Origin: Planctomycetota bacterium
GTDB lineage: Bacteria > Planctomycetota > Planctomycetia > Pirellulales > UBA1268
Length of the DNA stretch: 50,308 nt
Assembly: GCA_003670915.1 (NCBI GenBank)
Contig: QWQH01000020.1
Coordinates: forward strand, 1 to 50,308
Direction: 5' to 3'
Part shown: in pieces, positions 30,746-39,871 of the stretch
How positions within the stretch are numbered: position 1 is the first letter of the stretch
How the letters are laid out: every line of letters begins with the position of its first letter
The notes under the pieces: model-generated
Databases searched by the model: none
The model's input: only the letters and a program-made list of their open reading frames with translations
Told to the model about the DNA's origin: nothing
Translations under genes and position numbers: made by a program

Positions 30746-32038
30746 ATGGTGCCTTCAAAAGGGTCGTCGGATCATGCCTCTGCGATCCAAGCGTGGGGTG
30801 TGCTGAGGATTCTTTTGCGGATCGATGGCCGCAGGCCAGCGTCGTGGCTGACGCTGGCTGCTGCTGCTGGAATCGTTTGGTTGCTCGCCCATCCGCCCTG
30901 TGCTGCTCTGCGATCCCATGGGAGTGTGCTGCTGGCCTCACTTGCCGGGGCGTGGCTCGCCGTGGCTGCCAGTGGTGACGTTCCACACTCCAAGAATGGC
31001 CTGAGTCACTCGCCGTGGGTTTGCCTGCTCTGGATGTGCGAGCGAGTGGCGTGGCCGATGGTTGGAGTGCTTCTGGGACTTTTCGTCAGCCTTTATGGGC
31101 TGAGCGTTTTCTCTGGCACGGGGCTCTGCGTAGCCACTGCGATGGCTGCTGGAATAATCGGTAGTTTGGCGGTCATGCACATCAGCCGAGGGTGTGCCGC
31201 GCAGGCTGCCGATGCGGCCAGCCTTTCGCTTGGGATAGCGTGTGCAGCGACCGCAGCAGGATGGCTGGCCACCCACTTCGCTGGAGAGCCTTTTGACGCT
31301 GTCGCGTTCACGGGTATTGCCGTAGCCGCAGCGGCGTGGGTGGTCATCGTTTTGGGTGTCTGTTGGACCGCAGACTCGCTCTTCCAGCCAAACACATTGC
31401 GGCGAGGGCTCACAATACTCGCTATGGCAACGGCCTTGGCCGGAATGGTCGGCTGGCTCTTTTTGGCTCCGGGCTGTGCTGAACTCTACTGTGTCATGGC
31501 GGTAGGCTGGTTTGTCTGCCTTGCGATTCCGAAGACAACGCTGGGCGATGGGGTGGTTCATCGGCGGGCCTGGCAGCGGCTCTACCGCTCGGCTGCGGAA
31601 AGGCCGGCGGCCTCCTCTGGTGGGTGGACTGACAGGCAGGTAAGGATTTTTTCACAGAGTATCCGAAGAGCTTTTTTGAACGTCGGCTGCGACCGTGCAG
31701 CGACCACGACGTCTCTGGTGTACGGGGCCATTCTGGGCTGGCCCCCACTGGTGGCGTCTGTGGTTCTGGCGGGTACTGCCGACGGCGGTGCGTCGGCACT
31801 CGCGACAGTGATCGTGCTGGTTGCTGCGTCTGTTTTGCTGGCGTTACTCTCCAAAACAATCACACGAGCCGGCGGATCAGGAGAAACATCGCTCTGTGTA
31901 TCGCTTTGCCTCGCGCTGGCCTTGCTGTTCGGTTGGGCGATGGCGCGTGGCGAGGCGAATGGTGCGTGGAGCATTCGCGTTTCCCTGCCCAGCCTTCCCT
32001 GTCTTCCGGAACGGGTTTTCGAGGGGTCTTCGAAGTGA
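30746..32038 (+). CDS. polytopic integral membrane protein, unknown function
   Basis: At least 8 hydrophobic A/L/G/V-rich segments. It starts 9 nt after the argG stop. No family recognised. Confidence 0.55.
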   Translation: MVPSKGSSDHASAIQAWGVLRILLRIDGRRPASWLTLAAAAGIVWLLAHPPCAALRSHGSVLLASLAGAWLAVAASGDVPHSKNGLSHSPWVCLLWMCERVAWPMVGVLLGLFVSLYGLSVFSGTGLCVATAMAAGIIGSLAVMHISRGCAAQAADAASLSLGIACAATAAGWLATHFAGEPFDAVAFTGIAVAAAAWVVIVLGVCWTADSLFQPNTLRRGLTILAMATALAGMVGWLFLAPGCAELYCVMAVGWFVCLAIPKTTLGDGVVHRRAWQRLYRSAAERPAASSGGWTDRQVRIFSQSIRRAFLNVGCDRAATTTSLVYGAILGWPPLVASVVLAGTADGGASALATVIVLVAASVLLALLSKTITRAGGSGETSLCVSLCLALALLFGWAMARGEANGAWSIRVSLPSLPCLPERVFEGSSK

Positions 32039-32168
32039 TGTTGAGCAAACCGTGGATTCATGCCAAACTCCCAGCCATCACCAAAGGGTCGCCGACAGTG
32101 CAGCCCGCCCTCAGCCAAGGATCATCAGCCAGGATCATCGGGCAGGATCATCAAAGGAGTACGTTGCC

Positions 32169-34208
32169 GTGTACGGAAATACGTTGGCTCGGATTGACAG
32201 TAGCCGGTGGCATCGCCTTGGCCGCGTGGTCTTGGGCATTGCGTTCATGCCGTGCATGGCATGCATGCTCCCAGTGACGAGCGTTACCGCAGCTGGTTCA
32301 TTTCCGCCGAGCGAAACTATTTTTCCGTCCACGACGCGGGCTTGGCTGAGCATTTCTAATCCAAAGGGCCTCCAAGAGAGCTTCGATCGCACCGACTATG
32401 GTCAGTTGCTCAAAGACCAAAATATGAAGGCATTCGTCGAGAGTTTTCGGGCTCAAATGCGGACTTCAGGCAAGCAGCGACTCGGCAAGTTAGGCCTAAC
32501 TCTGGAAGATTTGGAGAAGATTCCAGGGGGGGAGTTAGCGGTTGCCGCGATCGAGCCGGAGCCAGGCACCTTGGCTACCGTGCTGCTGGTGGATACCACC
32601 GGCCACGAACCCGAAACCCGAGCTCTTCTTGAGACCGTTACCAAGCGACTGCTTGAACAGAAGGCCACAAAGGCCGCCGCCGATCGCACTGCTCCTTCGA
32701 TCACGGTGTTCGTACTTCCACAAGACGCCACCACGCAGGCGGCGCAGCCCCGCCGCGTGGTGTTTGCCGTTGTGGGATCGGTGCTCGTTGTTGGCGATCA
32801 TCCAGCAACTGTTGCGCAGATCGTCAGCACGCTGCCGCAAGGCCGCAAGGATTCGCTGGCAACGTTGCCAGCTTTTGCAGCCGTAAAATTGCGGTGTGAA
32901 AATCAACTGCCGGCCCATGCTTCGCCTGTACGTTGGTTTGTGGATCCACTCGCCTACGCCAAGGTGTACCAAGCTGCCAACCCTCCTCGCGAGAAGCGGA
33001 AGGGCCCGGACTATGTGGCCATCATCGCTCGGCAGGGTTTTGATGCGGTACTGGGGGCCGGTGGCGTGGTCCTGTTTGACGACGGCGTGCATCAGGCCCG
33101 GCACCACACGCTTGTCTACGCCCCGCCGTTACCGGGTCGCGAGCCCTTTGCGTCGGATCGTTTTGATTTGGCAGCCCGCATCTTGGAGTTTCCAAACGCC
33201 AAGAGCATCACGCCGCTGGCGTGGGTGCCGCGGGGTGTGTCAAGTTGGGTGGCGATGCAATGGGATATCCAGGCAGCATTTGCCTCGGCCGAGTCGCTCG
33301 TGGACGACATTGTTGGCGAAAAAGGTGTATTTGACGACGTGATTGCCTCGCTCAAAGAAGATCCAGACGGCCCGCAGATCGATGTTGAAAAAGACTTGGT
33401 CGCCTGCCTTGGTAAGCAGGTGACCCTGATCAGCGACTTCACAACACCCATTGGCACCGATAGCGAGCGGTTAGTCATTGCCATTGAAACAACTGATCCG
33501 GAGCGAGTCGCAGCCACGGTTGCAAAGAGTATGTCCACAGACCCAGACATGCAGAAAATTGACATCGCGGGGCACGTTGTCTGGGAGTTGATCGATCGCA
33601 CGATGGCCATTCCGACGCTGGAAGTAGAGACGCCAGGCGGCGCTGTGGCGCATGCCGATGGGGAGAGCGACACTCATGTCCGACGAAACAAGCGACGGGA
33701 TCGGGACGAAAAGCTGTTGCCGCATTCGGCTGTAACCGTCGCCAATGGGCATCTGCTGATCGCCTCGCATCGTGATTTTCTGGAACGCGTTCTGGCTCCT
33801 TCGGGCAGCGACGAATCGCTCGCTTCGGCGGCCGATTCAACGAGAGTTGCAGCTGAATTGCAGCGGTTTTTTCCATCCACGAGCGCTCTGCGATCGTTTG
33901 CCCGGGCCGAGGAGTCGGTGCGGCCTGCCTATGAAATGCTGAAGCAGGGTGCGATGCCGAAGTCAAAAAGCGTGGTTGGTCAGTTGCTTAACGGCATTCT
34001 TGGAGACGGCAAGGAAGGGAGCGTGCGGTCTCAGAAAATTGACGGCAGTACGCTGCCCGAGTTCGACCTGATCCGGCGTTACTTCGGTACGTTTGGCCTC
34101 GGGATGGAGTCAGTGTCTGAAGGTTGGTACATGGCGGGCATCGCTCTGTCACGGAGTCAGCAAGAGCCTGAAATTGCACGTCAGACTCCATCGCCTGTGG
34201 GGCGGTAG
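32169..34208 (+). CDS. large secreted hypothetical protein
   Basis: GTG start preceded by AAGGAG ~10 nt upstream. Signal-like RLGRVVLGIAFMPCMACMLPVTSVTAAG. The track's upstream extension to 31821 overlaps the previous gene and looks non-coding. Confidence 0.55.
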   Translation: MYGNTLARIDSSRWHRLGRVVLGIAFMPCMACMLPVTSVTAAGSFPPSETIFPSTTRAWLSISNPKGLQESFDRTDYGQLLKDQNMKAFVESFRAQMRTSGKQRLGKLGLTLEDLEKIPGGELAVAAIEPEPGTLATVLLVDTTGHEPETRALLETVTKRLLEQKATKAAADRTAPSITVFVLPQDATTQAAQPRRVVFAVVGSVLVVGDHPATVAQIVSTLPQGRKDSLATLPAFAAVKLRCENQLPAHASPVRWFVDPLAYAKVYQAANPPREKRKGPDYVAIIARQGFDAVLGAGGVVLFDDGVHQARHHTLVYAPPLPGREPFASDRFDLAARILEFPNAKSITPLAWVPRGVSSWVAMQWDIQAAFASAESLVDDIVGEKGVFDDVIASLKEDPDGPQIDVEKDLVACLGKQVTLISDFTTPIGTDSERLVIAIETTDPERVAATVAKSMSTDPDMQKIDIAGHVVWELIDRTMAIPTLEVETPGGAVAHADGESDTHVRRNKRRDRDEKLLPHSAVTVANGHLLIASHRDFLERVLAPSGSDESLASAADSTRVAAELQRFFPSTSALRSFARAEESVRPAYEMLKQGAMPKSKSVVGQLLNGILGDGKEGSVRSQKIDGSTLPEFDLIRRYFGTFGLGMESVSEGWYMAGIALSRSQQEPEIARQTPSPVGR

Positions 34209-34233
34209 TCAGCGTTCTTACTGAGTTTTGATT

Positions 34234-36609
34234 TCAACGTATTCGGTTGGATTCAACAACGGCCCAGAATGGATGCTGGCGATCGGACCTCAGGCGGAGG
34301 TCTTCGAGCATGACGCGGGAGTCGGGAGAGATGCCGTCGCGAGACAATCGCTTTCCGTCCAGCGTGACGACAATCGGCCTAGTAAAATCGACGAACTCCG
34401 GTGACAGCCAAATGCGCACTCGCTGGGCGCCGCAGTGTACGGCCACGGTGTTGCCCGGCGTTGTCTTGGCCTCAATTGAGAACGGGCGACTGCCTGGAGG
34501 AGGAGGCCACTGGGCTGGTAGAACGACTGTTTTTTCTGGGGCCCCTTCCATTTCGACCCACCAGAAGAACCGGTCCCAAGGACGCAGCGATACCACGTCG
34601 ATGGATGGCGGAAAGAAGGCCCGCCGTTTCATGGCCATCCAATCGAAGATGCGCAGGATCTCGTCCGAGAAATGCTCGTGGCCACGCCCGCGATACTCAA
34701 CGTAGGTGGTGTCAAAACCCTTGCCGAAATACCGGTCCAGATCCATGCTGTTGCAGGCGAAGCAGGCATTGTCGAGTTCACCACCCACGATGTAGATCGG
34801 CAGCGATTGTGCGTTTCGCCAGTAGTGATTGACATACTTACCCGCACAGGGCGTTATGGCGATGAGTCCAGCCCAGAGGTCTGGGTGCGAGAGCGCAATG
34901 TCCCACGCGGCATCGCCTCCCATTGAATGCCCGGAGAGAAAAACGTCGTCTGTGTCGATTGAAAAACATCGCATCGCTTCTCGCAGCGCATTGAGCACAG
35001 CGGCGTGTTCACGAGCCGAGTAGCCGTAGGTTGTCTGGTGCTCGGCCGACCACTGAGGCGCAATCACGATGGCTCCGTGGCGTGCGGCCTGACCGCGCCG
35101 CAGGCCGTCGGGGCCGGGCATGCCAGCCCACCATTCAATCTGGTTGAGTGGCGTCGACCACGCAGCGTTGAGAGAAACAATGGCAGGATATTTCCGGAGC
35201 GGATCGTATTCCGGCGGTAGTTGCACCAGACATCGCAAGCCCTTGTCCCCTTCGAGTCCGGGAACAGAGAGTTCGTGGAGGCCAGGAGCGATGGCCGCTG
35301 GCGGCTCTTGAGGGGGCCGCATCTGGCGAGCGATGGCTGCGACCGTAGCCGCATCAAATGCCTCTTCCTCCTCCAGGCGAGCGTAGAGTGCATCCCGCTT
35401 CGGTGCGTCGGCCTCCCGGAAAAAATCGACCATCAGTCCGCGCACTCGCACCGCCGAGAGCGCTACCTTCAGATTGTCGTTGGCCACTGCAGCCCCCTCC
35501 AGCCAACCGCTGATGGCGATGGCCAAGGCCCGGTCGGGCGGCAGTGCCGGATCAAGTCCAAGCCGTTGGAACGTGGAGAGTCGATCCAACGTGCTGAACG
35601 ATAATTCGCCCGTCATTTCGGCTAAAATATCGCTCGTCTCTTGCCGTACCGCATCGTCTGGGATGGCAGCTGCTCGGTCGCGAAGGGTCTCCATCAGCGT
35701 ACGGGCCTGCGACTGACGGTCGCGGTAGTCATCGCGAGCCTCTCGCACCGACTCCAGAATTTCTCCGCTGGCATCGGCCACGGGAAAAGCTTCGAGCAGA
35801 CGCAATGCCAGCCGATCCTGCCCGGCGCGGCCCCGCAGCAAAATCTCATCCAGCAGTTTCGCAGCCGCAAGTTCTCCAAGATCCCGTCGCTCGGCTGTCA
35901 GGTTGGCGAGGTCGGGGAAGTCGGCGAGCACTTCATCGAGTTCCTGTCTGGCATCGTCGTAACGCTCCGCCTGCAGGTAGAGCCGCACAACCCGAAGCCG
36001 ATGGTCTGAGTTTTTCCGATCGATGTACTGATCGATGACTCTCCGCAATGCATCCCGAGGGATTGACGAGGTAGCGATCCGCATGTCCATCAGCACCGAG
36101 TGTTCGGTGGTCACACCCTCGACGCTTGTCCATCGCGGCGTGATCTGCGTGATGCCCTGCACGACATCAATGCGTCCAGAAGCTGTGGCAATCGAAAAGA
36201 TGCGGCGGCCAAACTCATCGAACGGAGTTGTCTCGAGGATCGCTCCAACGGAACTGAGCCGGCGGCCACTTTCTGGTACACGCTGCGGAATTTCGATGCG
36301 CTCAAGACCCAGACCAGCAGGGCCTGGCTCTGCCTTTACGACCCGTCGTTTGGAGACCATCGTTCGCGTCAGTTCATCATCACACATGAGCACGGGCGTA
36401 CCAGATGATCGGCTGCCCGCTGGCTCGGCGGCTGGATCAACGGCCACGCCCGACACAAGCACAAATTTTCCCTCCAGCACGCGGCCATCGGCCAGTTCCA
36501 CCCGGTCTGCAGTGGCCACATATGGCCACACGGCGGCAGTCAGCAGCACTGGCCAGGCAAGCCAAGGCCCATCGAAAAGATTGCATCGCAACAGCCGGTG
36601 TGCAGCCAT
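34234..36609 (-). CDS. large protein with C-terminal alpha/beta-hydrolase (Ser-Asp-His) domain and central helical-repeat region
   Basis: Nucleophile elbow FLSGHSMGGDAAW, later GGELD and RGRGHEHF. N-terminal signal/TM WLAWPVLLTAAVWPYVATA. The middle part is Arg/Leu/Asp-rich and helical (TPR-like). Confidence 0.65.
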   Translation of the reverse strand: MAAHRLLRCNLFDGPWLAWPVLLTAAVWPYVATADRVELADGRVLEGKFVLVSGVAVDPAAEPAGSRSSGTPVLMCDDELTRTMVSKRRVVKAEPGPAGLGLERIEIPQRVPESGRRLSSVGAILETTPFDEFGRRIFSIATASGRIDVVQGITQITPRWTSVEGVTTEHSVLMDMRIATSSIPRDALRRVIDQYIDRKNSDHRLRVVRLYLQAERYDDARQELDEVLADFPDLANLTAERRDLGELAAAKLLDEILLRGRAGQDRLALRLLEAFPVADASGEILESVREARDDYRDRQSQARTLMETLRDRAAAIPDDAVRQETSDILAEMTGELSFSTLDRLSTFQRLGLDPALPPDRALAIAISGWLEGAAVANDNLKVALSAVRVRGLMVDFFREADAPKRDALYARLEEEEAFDAATVAAIARQMRPPQEPPAAIAPGLHELSVPGLEGDKGLRCLVQLPPEYDPLRKYPAIVSLNAAWSTPLNQIEWWAGMPGPDGLRRGQAARHGAIVIAPQWSAEHQTTYGYSAREHAAVLNALREAMRCFSIDTDDVFLSGHSMGGDAAWDIALSHPDLWAGLIAITPCAGKYVNHYWRNAQSLPIYIVGGELDNACFACNSMDLDRYFGKGFDTTYVEYRGRGHEHFSDEILRIFDWMAMKRRAFFPPSIDVVSLRPWDRFFWWVEMEGAPEKTVVLPAQWPPPPGSRPFSIEAKTTPGNTVAVHCGAQRVRIWLSPEFVDFTRPIVVTLDGKRLSRDGISPDSRVMLEDLRLRSDRQHPFWAVVESNRIR

Positions 36610-36865
36610 CGAAGAGCCTTCTAGTCCGGTGGCGATTGTGGAACGCAGCGAGCCGCACGCTTGAGCCTGCAAGGAGAGGCCAATGCCATGTACTGTAAAC
36701 TGTTCCCATTGGGCCCACAATGATCGCCTGCGATTTGACTACGTGTGCTTGACGACGCCGTCAGTGGAACCACACAATTGAGATTGAGGATTGTGGCAGC
36801 AACGCGGCCGCAAACTGCGTGGCCTTACAGCACTGGATCACACTCCACAGAAAGCCCATTTGAGT

Positions 36866-37141
36866 ATGCGAGGATTGCTGCGGCGTATTGTGTTAGGAGG
36901 CGTTGCCTGCTCGCTGCTATTGCCCATTGTCTTCACGGTGGTGTTGGGATTGGGCTCGTTGCTCGGTGCGCTCGGCGACGCAGCGGGTGGGCAGGTGTGC
37001 AACCGCACAGCACTGGTCGTGGGTGCTGTGTGGCTGATTGCGGTGATCGCAACGGCCGTGGCCAGCGGCGTGGCTGTGCTGGACAGTGTGCCAGACCGAG
37101 AATTACGAGACCCTCCCAGACCGCCTGACGATCGCGTATAA
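36866..37141 (+). CDS. small two-TM membrane protein
   Basis: 91 aa, with two hydrophobic helices ([24 protein letters not shown] and [23 protein letters not shown]) and a Pro-rich tail. Confidence 0.45.
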   Translation: MRGLLRRIVLGGVACSLLLPIVFTVVLGLGSLLGALGDAAGGQVCNRTALVVGAVWLIAVIATAVASGVAVLDSVPDRELRDPPRPPDDRV

Positions 37142-37209
37142 CCAGAAAAGTGCTCGAAGAAACGGAAAATTCGCAGCGTGTTTGTCTCGAGCAAAAGCCG
37201 GTGCCGCGC

Positions 37210-37581
37210 ATGCCAATAGATTTTCGCTGCACAGGCTGTCGAGCCAAACTGCACGTGCCCTCTCGGTGGGGGGGGGTGGCCGTGTCCTGCCCGAAGTGCA
37301 AAACGCGAGTGGTGGTGCCAGTCGGATCGCAGAGACCGGACTCGCACTTTGAATCCAAAGAGCTTGAAACTCAGTTACGGGCTTTGGAATCGCGGCCTGG
37401 GGGGGTCTTTGCCGAGGAGTCATTTGCTGTACCGCTGCCGTGCGAGACCCCGGTGATGGTGCCCACTCCAAAGAATGGCATGACACTCCCCCGCTGGGTG
37501 ATCTATGCTCAGGGAGTGCTGCTGGCTGTTGTTGCCTGTGCGTCGTTTTTGCTTGGAGCCTGGTGGGTTACACCAGTGTGA
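37210..37581 (+). CDS. zinc-ribbon (MJ0042-like CxxC...CxxC) protein with a C-terminal TM helix
   Basis: [37 protein letters not shown], then a C-terminal [27 protein letters not shown]. Its stop is 5 nt before the next ATG. Confidence 0.6.
37268..37276 (+). repeat. G9 homopolymer inside the zinc-ribbon ORF; a second G7 lies at 37399-37405
   Basis: Counted directly. It is the longest homopolymer I saw in any CDS in this window and lies between the two CxxC pairs. Confidence 0.9.
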
Positions 37582-37586
37582 TCAGT

Positions 37587-39524
37587 ATGCATTGCAAGCG
37601 TATAGCAGGCCGGTTCGTGGTCGCTGTTGTGCTGGTGCAAGGAATGGCCTTGCAGTCTGCGGCACAAGACGTTGCCACGAATGCCCAAGCGACTCCGAAG
37701 GAGATCAGGGAAACGCTCAACCAAGCCCGCGAGATGCTCGATGAGAGAAGGCCATCAAAGGCCTCCGAGATCCTCGCGAAGGCTGCCAAGCAACTCGAAC
37801 AACTTGCTGTATTGCCGCAGCCGCCGTCCGGTGCACGGGCGTTGGCTGCCGCTTGCGCATCGCTCAAAGACGATCTGGAATTGGAAGGTATCGATGTGAC
37901 CGGCATCACGATTCCGTCTCTGAAAAGCAGTGCAATCAAGGCGGCGGACCCGCCGGCGGCCGGTGTGGCAACCGGTCCGGTTCGAAATCGCAAGGGCGCA
38001 CAGCCACAGGGGGTGAGCTTTACCGGGCAGGTGGCACCGATGTTCGTGAAGCACTGTGGCGGCTGCCATATCGCCGGAAAAAAAGGCGAATTTCAGATGG
38101 TGTCGTACGAGGGTTTGATGCGGTCGGGCATGGTGCGGCCCGGCGATGGCATTTCCAGCCGTGTGGTGGATGTGATCCAAACCGGAGACATGCCGCGAGG
38201 AGGTGGCAAAGTGACTCCGGATGAATTGGCAACGCTCATTCGATGGATCGACATGGGGGCGGCCTTTGACGGCCCCGATCCAACGCTCAGGATGAATGCA
38301 ATTGGGCCAGCGGTTGTGCCAAAGGCCGCCATGCCCGCCGCCGCAGTGCCGAAGCCCGTTTCGCTCAAGCCAGGGGATATTTCATTTGCGTTGGAGATTG
38401 CGCCCATTCTGCTGAAGCAGTGCGTCAGTTGTCATCATACGGACACCACTGGAGGTGGCCTCGGGATGGTGAGCATGGAGTCGCTCCAGCATGGCGGAGC
38501 AAGCGGAGCCACTTTCGTGGCTGGCAAAGGAGCCGACAGCCTCTTGATCAGAAAGCTCAAGGGCGTGGGGATCGAGGGGCAACGGATGCCTCGAGGCAAG
38601 CCGCCGTTGTCGGATGCAGTGATTGCGAGGGTTGAAAAGTGGATCGATCAAGGGGCGAGGCTGGATGTCCTCACCCCGCAGGCGGCATTGGAAACAGTCG
38701 CCGCGAAGGGCCGCGCCAAACACCTCTCTCACGAAGAGTTGGCTGCGCAGCGGTTTTCGGCCGGTGGTTTGATGTGGAAGCGGGCTCTGGCCGATGAAAA
38801 AGCAACCATCGTTACTCGCGGCAGCGTGTGTGTGGTGGGAAACATCTCGCAGTCCCGCAGCGATGAAATCGCAACGGTGGCAGAAGCGTCGTTGGCCACC
38901 GTTCAAAAGCTGATCAGGGGAGATGAGCGGCAGGTCGTCAAGGGGGGCGTTGTTTTATTTGTGTTTGCAAAGCCCTACGACTACTCAAATTTCTGGCAAA
39001 CGATCCGCGGTCATGAGCGGCCTAAGGGGCTCACGGCCCACGCGGGTGTGTTGGGGGATGTGGCGTATGGGGCCTTGACATTGCCCACTGGTTCCGAGGA
39101 GGTGGATGAAGCAGCTGATACCGCGTCGGTGGTGGCAGAACAGATGACCGCTGCGGCCTTCCTGGCTGCTGGTGCCACCGAGTGGTTTGCCAGCGGCGCG
39201 GGTCGAACAGTAGCCCTGAAGGTGGCAGGCAAGGCTCCGCGTGCGCAGGCGTGGCGACAGGAGGTGCCCAAAGCATTGGCTGGTCTCGGTTCCTCCACTG
39301 AATTTTTATCTGGAAACGCTGGTCCTGTTGCGACGGCAACGATCAGCGGAGCATTTGTAGGCTCACTGGCTGCCTCCGGGGCCAAACTGCGTACGCTGTT
39401 AGATCAACTGGACGCCGGCATGCCTTTTGAGGCTGCTTTCACGGAGGTTTTTCGAGGCTCTCCGCAGGCCCTCTTTGAGGCGTGGGCAGCCAAAGAAGCC
39501 CGCAAGCCTGTGCGGCCCACCTAA
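37587..39524 (+). CDS. secreted protein with two 'planctomycete cytochrome c'-type CxxCH repeats plus a C-terminal domain of unknown function
   Basis: Signal peptide MHCKRIAGRFVVAVVLVQGMALQSAAQ. Repeat 1 is VAPMFVKHCGGCH...GDMPRGG...LIRWIDMGA (CxxCH at 38055-38069). Repeat 2 is IAPILLKQCVSCH...RMPRGKPPL...VEKWIDQGA (38421-38435). Confidence 0.75.
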   Translation: MHCKRIAGRFVVAVVLVQGMALQSAAQDVATNAQATPKEIRETLNQAREMLDERRPSKASEILAKAAKQLEQLAVLPQPPSGARALAAACASLKDDLELEGIDVTGITIPSLKSSAIKAADPPAAGVATGPVRNRKGAQPQGVSFTGQVAPMFVKHCGGCHIAGKKGEFQMVSYEGLMRSGMVRPGDGISSRVVDVIQTGDMPRGGGKVTPDELATLIRWIDMGAAFDGPDPTLRMNAIGPAVVPKAAMPAAAVPKPVSLKPGDISFALEIAPILLKQCVSCHHTDTTGGGLGMVSMESLQHGGASGATFVAGKGADSLLIRKLKGVGIEGQRMPRGKPPLSDAVIARVEKWIDQGARLDVLTPQAALETVAAKGRAKHLSHEELAAQRFSAGGLMWKRALADEKATIVTRGSVCVVGNISQSRSDEIATVAEASLATVQKLIRGDERQVVKGGVVLFVFAKPYDYSNFWQTIRGHERPKGLTAHAGVLGDVAYGALTLPTGSEEVDEAADTASVVAEQMTAAAFLAAGATEWFASGAGRTVALKVAGKAPRAQAWRQEVPKALAGLGSSTEFLSGNAGPVATATISGAFVGSLAASGAKLRTLLDQLDAGMPFEAAFTEVFRGSPQALFEAWAAKEARKPVRPT

Positions 39525-39871
39525 CCGCTACTCGTCGCATCCCATCGGAAGCAGGCGGCGATACGTTTTCCACCGCAATGCCGTGGTGCCAAGGATGCGG
39601 AAAGCTCGTTTAAAAAAAAGACGGGGGTGCCTTAGTTTCGGGGCATGTGATCCGAGCGGATCTGGACTCGAGTCAAACGACAGGAGCCAAGCACCTTCGG
39701 CTGTACACGCAACCAAAACTATCAATCGGCCCCCAGCGAGCCTCGTTAAGAGCTTACCGACATGGTTCGACAACAGCACGGACATGGCAGAAAACGTATC
39801 GCTGCACACTCCCTTCTAGCTTGTGATGTCTGGCTTTCCTTCGTTCGATCCTTGGCCGCATACCAGAGCAG

